A stretch of DNA of 32,000 bases from Ruminococcus sp. (lineage in GTDB: Bacteria; Bacillota; Clostridia; Oscillospirales; Ruminococcaceae): the NCBI GenBank assembly GCA_045531615.1, contig JAZSEJ010000009.1, positions 67,576 to 99,575 on the forward strand. The letters run 5' to 3'. The notes below the pieces were generated by a model that ran no database searches, was not told where the DNA came from, and was given only the letters and a program-made list of their open reading frames with translations. Numbering within the stretch: the stretch's first letter is position 1; each line of letters starts with the position of its first letter. Of this stretch, positions 26,123-32,000 are shown one piece after another. Position numbers and translations under genes: made by a program.

Positions 26123-27658
26123 TTAAACAGATTCAACCGGTCCTGCTATAGCCTGACATCCGCGCATCTGAATCTGCGGACCACCTGTTTTTTCTACATA
26201 TTCCTTGGTAATCGTCACCGTACCGATATTCTCATCCTTCGGAATCTCGTACATGATATCCAACATAAACTCTTCGATAATCGAACGAAGTGCACGGGCA
26301 CCGACCTTCTTTTCCTTCGCACTTTTCGCAATGGACGCCAGTGCTGCCTCATCGAATTCCAACTTTACCTCATCCATACCGAGGAGCTTTTGATACTGCT
26401 TTACAATCGCATTTTTCGGTTCTGTCAAAATACGAACCAGCATATCCTCAGTCAACGCTTCTAACGTAAACATTACCGGTAATCTTCCCAAAAATTCCGG
26501 AATCATACCAAATTTTCTTACATCTTCTGTTGTTACCTTCTGTAAAATATTCTCATCATTATCGTACTTATCCTTTAAATCAGCTTTAAAACCAATTGCT
26601 GCTGCTTTATTCAGACGTTCTTTGATAATCTCATCCAGATCCGGGAATGCACCGCCGCAAATAAATAAAATATTCTTGGTATTTATCGTAGTCATCGGTA
26701 CCATCGCGTTTTTACTGCTGGCACCTACCGGTACCTCTACCTCTGCACCCTCTAATAATTTTAACATTCCCTGCTGTACAGATTCTCCGCTAACATCACG
26801 CTGATTTGCATTCCGTTTTTTTGCGATTTTATCAATCTCATCTATGAAAATAATACCCTGCTCTGCTCTGTCTACATCATTGTCCGCTGCTGCAAGCAAT
26901 TTACTTACCACACTTTCAATATCGTCACCGATATAACCTGCTTCTGTCAAAGAAGTCGCATCCGTAATCGCAAGCGGCACATCCAAAAGCTTCGCTAACG
27001 TCTTAACTAAATAGGTCTTACCACAACCGGTCGGTCCAATCATTAACATGTTTGATTTTTCAATTTCAATACCGTCTTCTGAAGTATCTCCAACACGTTT
27101 ATAATGATTATATACTGCTACCGACATTACTTTTTTCGCATGTTCCTGTCCGACAATATACTCATCCAAAGACGCTTTAATCTTGTGCGGTGCCGGAATA
27201 TTATGAATATCAATCACCGGTTCCCGTTTTTCATCCGGCTTTTTCTTTTTAATTTTCTGGGCATGAGGCATGCCAAATCCCTGTAAATCAGCCAGATTAA
27301 TCATACTAATCGTCGGAATCTTACCGAGGCGTTTTCCTGATTTTTTCTCTTTTGTGTCTTCCGCTTCATCCGGCATCTCTGCTGAAAACATATCGGCAGG
27401 CATCGAAAATCCATCCATTGGAAAACCACCATAATTCATAGTGTCAAATGTTCTCTGCATACAATCGTTACAAATACAGATATTGCCCGGAATCTTAATC
27501 ATTTTTCCGGCAATGCGCTCTGTTCTATGACATATGTAGCAAATATCTTCGTATCCTTTATCTTCATCCTCTTCTACCACTACATCATGCTCCACAACGT
27601 TCTCTGTTTCATCTATCACGCTTTCATCCATTATCTCACGAAAATCATTATTACTCAT
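26123..27658 (-). CDS. clpX: ATP-dependent Clp protease ATP-binding subunit ClpX (long form, 511 aa).
   Basis: Zinc-binding CYIC..CICNDC. Walker A GPTGCGKTYL and Walker B IIFIDEIDKI. Also GMIPEFLGRLPV. Confidence 0.95.
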   Translation of the reverse strand: MSNNDFREIMDESVIDETENVVEHDVVVEEDEDKGYEDICYICHRTERIAGKMIKIPGNICICNDCMQRTFDTMNYGGFPMDGFSMPADMFSAEMPDEAEDTKEKKSGKRLGKIPTISMINLADLQGFGMPHAQKIKKKKPDEKREPVIDIHNIPAPHKIKASLDEYIVGQEHAKKVMSVAVYNHYKRVGDTSEDGIEIEKSNMLMIGPTGCGKTYLVKTLAKLLDVPLAITDATSLTEAGYIGDDIESVVSKLLAAADNDVDRAEQGIIFIDEIDKIAKKRNANQRDVSGESVQQGMLKLLEGAEVEVPVGASSKNAMVPMTTINTKNILFICGGAFPDLDEIIKERLNKAAAIGFKADLKDKYDNDENILQKVTTEDVRKFGMIPEFLGRLPVMFTLEALTEDMLVRILTEPKNAIVKQYQKLLGMDEVKLEFDEAALASIAKSAKEKKVGARALRSIIEEFMLDIMYEIPKDENIGTVTITKEYVEKTGGPQIQMRGCQAIAGPVESV

Positions 27659-27749
27659 TTATCTGTACTCCCTTTATCGTAATTAGGTCTATTATAATTC
27701 AAATAAAAAGCTAGCACAAGAAAATTACTAATTTTTCATAAGATTTTAA

Positions 27750-27799
27750 GTTTTATAAAAAAGGACAGGTAACTTTCCTTTGGGGTCCGTTCCTGTCCT
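27750..27799 (-). terminator. Rho-independent terminator after the lipoprotein gene.
   Basis: 8-bp stem aggacagg (27762-27769) / cctgtcct (27792-27799), followed on the minus strand by TTTTTTAT. Confidence 0.6.
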
Positions 27800-27805
27800 A
27801 ATGAT

Positions 27806-28195
27806 TTAAGGTGTTGTACTATTTCCGCTATTATTACCACCATTATTGTTATTATTATTTCCTGTCATATTATCAACACCATTCTGTACGCCATCGATAA
27901 CATCTTTTCCGGCTTCACCAACACCATCTATTACATCACCTACTGCATTACCGGCATCGTCTAACAAACCGCCTTCTGTTCCATTCACCGTATTGGTGTC
28001 TTCCTCTGTTTCTGTCCGGTCTGTCACACTATTGTTTGGTCTTTGTGTATTCTGTGTGTTTGTTGTGTTTTGTGTATTGGTTGTATTTTCTGTGTTTGTT
28101 GAGTCATTACCACCTGTTCCACAACCACATGCAGCTAACAAACTAAATGATAATGCTAAAACCATACATGCCAAAAACTGTTTCCACTTTTTCAT
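27806..28195 (-). CDS. Low-complexity secreted lipoprotein.
   Basis: Signal peptide with lipobox: MKKWKQFLACMVLALSFSLLAAC. The mature part has N/T/Q/G-rich repeats (NTENTTNTQNTTNTQNTQ). An AGGAG SD lies 9 nt upstream. Confidence 0.75.
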   Translation of the reverse strand: MKKWKQFLACMVLALSFSLLAACGCGTGGNDSTNTENTTNTQNTTNTQNTQRPNNSVTDRTETEEDTNTVNGTEGGLLDDAGNAVGDVIDGVGEAGKDVIDGVQNGVDNMTGNNNNNNGGNNSGNSTTP

Positions 28196-28498
28196 GAATC
28201 CATCTCCTTTTCTTTTTGCAGATTTTTCTGCTTACACAGGTAGTATGAACACTTTGTCAATATTTATACTTATTTTTCTTTCGAACTTTTTTACTTTTTT
28301 AATTACAAATCCCATATTACTGTCCACTTTATTCCGGTAATAAACTCATACTTTAGTACGATTATTTATTGACAAGGTTTTAGCAGATGATATAATTAAA
28401 TTGTATTATTTTGTAGTACTTTATATCCATATATTACATTATTCTGAAATTTGCAGCAGAAGCACTGCTGACATATTTTATAAAAGGAGAAGATACCC

Positions 28499-29461
28499 AT
28501 GAACAAAGTATTAGAAGAAATTTCCAAAATTGGTATTGTACCGGTTATCGCATTGGACAACGTAGAAGATGCTGCACCTTTAGCAAAAGCTTTATGTGAC
28601 GGTGGACTTCCATGTGCAGAAATCACATTCCGTACAGACGCTGCTGAAGAATCTATCCGCATTATGGCAGAGCAGTTCCCAGAAATGCTCGTTGGTGCTG
28701 GTACTGTTCTTACAACAGAGCAGGTTGACCGTGCAGTTGCAGCAGGCGCTAAATTCATCGTTAGCCCAGGCTTAAATCCAAAAGTTGTTAAATACTGTGT
28801 AGAGAAAAATATTCCTATCACACCAGGTTGTTCTAACCCAAGTGATGTAGAAGTTGCTATCGAATTAGGACTTGATGTTGTTAAATTCTTCCCTGCAGAA
28901 GCAGCTGGCGGATTAAACATGATCAAATCTATGGCAGCTCCATATACAAAAATGAAATTCATGCCAACAGGCGGTATTAATGCGAAAAACTTAAAGAGTT
29001 ACCTTGACTTCAAGAAAATCATCGCTTGCGGCGGTTCTTGGATGGTAAGCAAAGATTTAGTAGATGCAAAAGACTGGGATGGTATCACAGCTCTTACAAA
29101 AGAAGCAGTTTCTACTATGTTAGGTTTCGAACTTCGCCACATAGGTATCAACCACGCATGTGAAAACTGTGCAGCAGAATGTGCTGACAAATTAGGCTTA
29201 CTTACAAGCTTACCAGTAAAACCGGGCAACAGCTCAATCTTCGTTGGCGGCATGTTCGAAGTTATGAAAGGCAAAGGTCCTGGCGAACACGGACACATTG
29301 CTATCGGTACAAACTACTTAGAAAGAGCAATCTATCATTTACAGAAACGTGGATTTGTATTTGACGAATCTTCTTACAAATACAATGATAAGGGCGAATT
29401 AATCTTTGCTTATTTACAGGATGAAATTTCAGGATTCGGTGTACACTTCAACCAGAAATAA
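28499..29461 (+). CDS. eda: KDPG/KHG aldolase (Eda) fused to a C-terminal domain of about 110 aa that looks VOC/glyoxalase-like.
   Basis: Residues 1 to ~205 carry AEITFRT, GAGTVL, FIVSPG, KFFPAE and FMPTGGI motifs. The extension LGFELRHIGINHA...GHIAIGT...FGVHF has the His/Glu pattern of a VOC fold. Confidence 0.8.
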   Translation: MNKVLEEISKIGIVPVIALDNVEDAAPLAKALCDGGLPCAEITFRTDAAEESIRIMAEQFPEMLVGAGTVLTTEQVDRAVAAGAKFIVSPGLNPKVVKYCVEKNIPITPGCSNPSDVEVAIELGLDVVKFFPAEAAGGLNMIKSMAAPYTKMKFMPTGGINAKNLKSYLDFKKIIACGGSWMVSKDLVDAKDWDGITALTKEAVSTMLGFELRHIGINHACENCAAECADKLGLLTSLPVKPGNSSIFVGGMFEVMKGKGPGEHGHIAIGTNYLERAIYHLQKRGFVFDESSYKYNDKGELIFAYLQDEISGFGVHFNQK

Positions 29462-29550
29462 TAAAAAGATTTTATATCAAATCCACTTGCGAGCATCCGA
29501 TTTTCCTCGTTGCTCGTGCGAATAATCGAATTTATAGGAGGGCTTTACCA

Positions 29551-29964
29551 ATGAACAATTGTGCATATTGTCAGGAAGGCGAATTAGTAGCAGCTTTTGG
29601 TATCAAAATATGTGAACTTCCAGAATCTAAAGTATATTTATTTAAAGAACAGAGCCACAAAGGCCGTGTGATCGTAGCTCATAAAAAACATGTGAGTGAA
29701 ATGGTAGAATTAACAGCAGAAGAACGTGCAGCATACTTCGAAGATGTAAACCACGTTGCAGAAGCTATCCACAAAGCATTTGCTCCTCAGAAAGTAAACT
29801 ATGGTGCTTATGGCGATACCGGTCATCACCTTCACTTCCATCTTGTACCAAAATACACAGATGAATTTGAATGGGGCGGTGTATTCGCAATGAACCCACA
29901 GCAGAAGTTCTTAACAGATGCTGAATATGATGAATTAATCGCTGAATTAAAGAAATACTTATAA
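29551..29964 (+). CDS. HIT-family protein.
   Basis: Histidine triad HHLHFHLVP and an N-terminal CxxC. 137 aa. Confidence 0.8.
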   Translation: MNNCAYCQEGELVAAFGIKICELPESKVYLFKEQSHKGRVIVAHKKHVSEMVELTAEERAAYFEDVNHVAEAIHKAFAPQKVNYGAYGDTGHHLHFHLVPKYTDEFEWGGVFAMNPQQKFLTDAEYDELIAELKKYL

Positions 29965-29968
29965 GATC

Positions 29969-30005
29969 AAAAACCACCAACAGATTAACTTTGTTGGTGG
30001 TTTTT
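29969..30005. terminator. Bidirectional terminator between the convergent HIT and DUF1667 genes.
   Basis: Perfect 14-bp stem aaaaaccaccaaca (29969-29982) / tgttggtggttttt (29992-30005) with a 9-nt loop. Confidence 0.8.
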
Positions 30006-30012
30006 CCTTTCT

Positions 30013-30378
30013 CTAAATTTCCAGTACGTTTTTTGTAGCAATTACATCTACACCGGTTCCTGCTACATCAGCCAAAACCACATCACCAATATGTACAGGT
30101 GCTGCTACTGTTACTTCCTTCAATGCCTTCACACAGTCAAAAATCTTCCCCTTTGGAATATCATGCTGTGTCTTAACAGATACTGCAGCTAAAGTCCCCC
30201 CTGTTACGACTACAGAACTTGTAACAATACGGGTTGGATTGGTCACTTCTTTTTTCGCGTAGTCTTCGCCACGCTTGCAGGTATGACCACTTACAGAAAC
30301 CACTTCACTGCCATCTAATTCTACGGTAAGGGCGCATCCCATTGGACAGCCGATACAGGTTAATTCTCTTGTCTCCAT
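30013..30378 (-). CDS. DUF1667-domain protein, the small subunit of the Clostridia-type glycerol-3-phosphate dehydrogenase cluster.
   Basis: ELTCIGCPMGC motif. It lies downstream of two FAD oxidoreductase genes. I chose the start at 30378 (METREL) because a GGAGG SD lies 7 nt upstream. Confidence 0.7.
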   Translation of the reverse strand: METRELTCIGCPMGCALTVELDGSEVVSVSGHTCKRGEDYAKKEVTNPTRIVTSSVVVTGGTLAAVSVKTQHDIPKGKIFDCVKALKEVTVAAPVHIGDVVLADVAGTGVDVIATKNVLEI

Positions 30379-30379
30379 G

Positions 30380-31642
30380 TTATGCCTCCTCAATCTTAAT
30401 TGTAATCTGTTTTAAATCAGGATATGACTGTAACTGTTCTTTTTTCAGCACTACCTGCTCCATTTCTCCTGGAGCCATTACCGGACGCTTTCTATGAAGC
30501 ACACGTTCCTCGTCAAAGTAAACAGATACATAACAATTCTGATATACATCACCAACACGGAAACGTACGGTATGTGCATCTTCCATTCTCTCAGGATTCA
30601 TAGTCTTTGGAACGGTATATCTCGCACCTTCTGTCGCAACAATCGGAATATCTCTTCCGGCACTATTTTTGCCTTCTTTTACATACTCAGCCGCATGCTT
30701 ACCTGCTGCTTCTGCTTCCTGTGAAACAAAATCAACCAAATCATGAACATGAAGCACGTTACCACAGGCAAATACACCTTCCACATTAGTCTCTAAGCAT
30801 TCATTTACGATTGGACCGGATGTAACCGGATTCATCTCTACTCCTAATTCACGGGATAATTCGTTCTCAGGAATCAAGCCGCATGATAACAATAATGTAT
30901 CACATTCGTAGTACTCTTCTGTACCCGGAATCGGTCTACGATTTTCATCTACCTGCGCAAGAGTAATTCCCTCTACGCGCTCTTTACCCTTAATATCTAC
31001 TACTGTATGACTCAATTTTAATGGAATACCGAAATCATCCAGACACTGTACAATATTACGTTTCAAACCACCTGAATATGGTAATAACTCTGCTACCACT
31101 TTAACCTTGGCACCTTCTAATGTCATACGGCGTGCCATAATTAAACCGATATCACCCGAACCTAAGATGACTACTTCTCGTCCCGGCATATAACCTTCCA
31201 TATTTACAAGACGCTGTGCTGTACCTGCAGAATAGATACCCGCCGGACGATAACCCGGAATATTAAGTGCGCCTCTGGAGCGTTCACGGCATCCCATTGC
31301 TAAGATGACTGCTTTTGCCTGGATTTCCAAAATACCCTCTGAACGGTTCATCGCTGTCACAACTTTATCTTCTGTGATGCTAAGCACCATAGTATTTAGC
31401 TTGTACTCAATCTGCTGTTCCAATAGCTGATCAACGAATCTGCCTGCATATTCCGGCCCGGTCAATTCCTCTTTAAAAGTATGAAGTCCAAAACCATTAT
31501 GAATACACTGGTTCAAAATACCGCCCAACTCTTTGTCACGTTCCAAAACTAAAATACTTTCTATGCCATTTTTCTTTGCCGAAATGGCTGCTGCAAGGCC
31601 TGCCGGTCCGCCGCCTACGATTACAATATCATAATTTAACAT
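30380..31642 (-). CDS. FAD/NAD(P)-dependent pyridine nucleotide-disulfide oxidoreductase.
   Basis: Two dinucleotide-binding motifs: DIVIVGGGPAGLAAA and VVILGSGDIGLIMA. I chose the start at 31642 (MLNYD), which has a GAGGA SD upstream. Confidence 0.8.
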   Translation of the reverse strand: MLNYDIVIVGGGPAGLAAAISAKKNGIESILVLERDKELGGILNQCIHNGFGLHTFKEELTGPEYAGRFVDQLLEQQIEYKLNTMVLSITEDKVVTAMNRSEGILEIQAKAVILAMGCRERSRGALNIPGYRPAGIYSAGTAQRLVNMEGYMPGREVVILGSGDIGLIMARRMTLEGAKVKVVAELLPYSGGLKRNIVQCLDDFGIPLKLSHTVVDIKGKERVEGITLAQVDENRRPIPGTEEYYECDTLLLSCGLIPENELSRELGVEMNPVTSGPIVNECLETNVEGVFACGNVLHVHDLVDFVSQEAEAAGKHAAEYVKEGKNSAGRDIPIVATEGARYTVPKTMNPERMEDAHTVRFRVGDVYQNCYVSVYFDEERVLHRKRPVMAPGEMEQVVLKKEQLQSYPDLKQITIKIEEA

Positions 31643-31720
31643 AACCATCCTCACTTATTCATATCTCGAAAATTTGTGTCACTGCACAAATTTTTGCAAA
31701 AAAATCTATCACTTTTCTTG

Positions 31721-32000
31721 CTAGAGTCTATCTTTGTTCACGCCAACAATAATCTTGGAACCACCACCTGCTTTGGTAATCTCGGACATTTCTACACCGC
31801 GTTCTCTTGCCAGAATCTCAATTGTTCTTGGAGAACAGAAACCTGACTGACATCGTCCCATACCAGCTCTGGTTCTACGCTTCACACCATCTAACGATTT
31901 TGCGCCTAACGGACGGTTAATTGCGTCCATAATCTCGCCTTCTGTAATCATCTCACAACGGCAGATAATATTACCATATTCCGGTTTTTCTTTGATTAAT
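31721..32000 (-). CDS. Partial CDS: the C-terminus of a GlpA-like FAD-dependent glycerol-3-phosphate dehydrogenase, carrying a BFD-like [2Fe-2S] domain. It continues past the window end.
   Basis: The frame stays open upstream of the track start, reading ..LIKEKPEYGNIICRCEMITEGEI..RTRAGMGRCQSGFC.. This is the C-x-C...C-x-x-x-x-C BFD-type pattern. Confidence 0.7.
   Translation of the reverse strand, partial: LIKEKPEYGNIICRCEMITEGEIMDAINRPLGAKSLDGVKRRTRAGMGRCQSGFCSPRTIEILARERGVEMSEITKAGGGSKIIVGVNKDRL

Noticed and set aside
28020-28110. TG-rich imperfect tandem DNA repeats.
   Set aside because: They are explained by the NTQNT-type amino-acid repeats of the lipoprotein and are not an independent element.
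27846-28340. 164-aa plus-strand ORF opposite the lipoprotein gene.
   Set aside because: It is the antisense frame of a low-complexity repeat region. The minus-strand gene has a signal peptide with lipobox, an SD and a terminator; this frame has none of these.
28396-28962. 188-aa minus-strand ORF overlapping the start of eda.
   Set aside because: It is antisense to a gene with unambiguous KDPG-aldolase motifs. Its translation is Ala/Ser/Thr-rich mirror sequence with no RBS.
1-32000. Search for tRNA, rRNA, integrase/transposase and known defence genes (restriction-modification, cas, Abi with recognisable motifs).
   Set aside because: I saw no cloverleaf-like or rRNA-like sequence. I saw no recombinase catalytic motifs and no methyltransferase or helicase motif sets. 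Absence judged by eye is not proof.

Overview
About 22.9 kb of this window (1 to ~22905) is one arm of a conjugative element of the Clostridia/Firmicutes ICE type. All of its genes are on the minus strand. Recognisable backbone genes are a VirB4-like ATPase, a VirD4/TraG-like coupling protein, PrgI/TcpE-like, CD1112-like and Maff2-like membrane proteins, PcfB-like, a relaxase with MobC, a Toprim/primase-like protein and a ParM-type actin. No integrase is in the window, and the element continues past position 1. Its right edge appears to lie inside a truncated S8 (subtilisin-like) peptidase gene (22900-23466). Ordinary chromosomal genes follow: ttcA-like, tcdA-like, metF, clpX, a lipoprotein, an eda fusion, a HIT protein, and the DUF1667 / FAD-oxidoreductase / GlpA-like glycerol-3-phosphate dehydrogenase cluster. 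A visibly A+T-richer cargo island (~616-5495) sits inside the element, between the VirB4 gene and the next backbone gene. It carries a 2H-phosphoesterase/DUF2200 operon, a DUF6125-like gene, a well-signalled 36-aa peptide gene and a gene remnant. The best candidate for an undescribed system is a compact three-gene cassette in this island (5286->3236, minus strand). It encodes a 283-aa protein with no motif I can recognise, a 60-aa translationally coupled protein, and a 338-aa ComEC-like metallo-beta-lactamase-fold hydrolase, all behind a near-consensus promoter. Non-coding structure worth attention: five palindromic GTCAAC-N7-11-GTTGAC units plus two hairpins at 18304-18549 (candidate oriT or iterons); an ACTAAAT motif set upstream of the parM operon; and a 9-bp inverted-repeat arm shared between the cargo cassette promoter region and the metF-tcdA spacer. 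Family names come from motif recognition and recall only, since no searches could be run.
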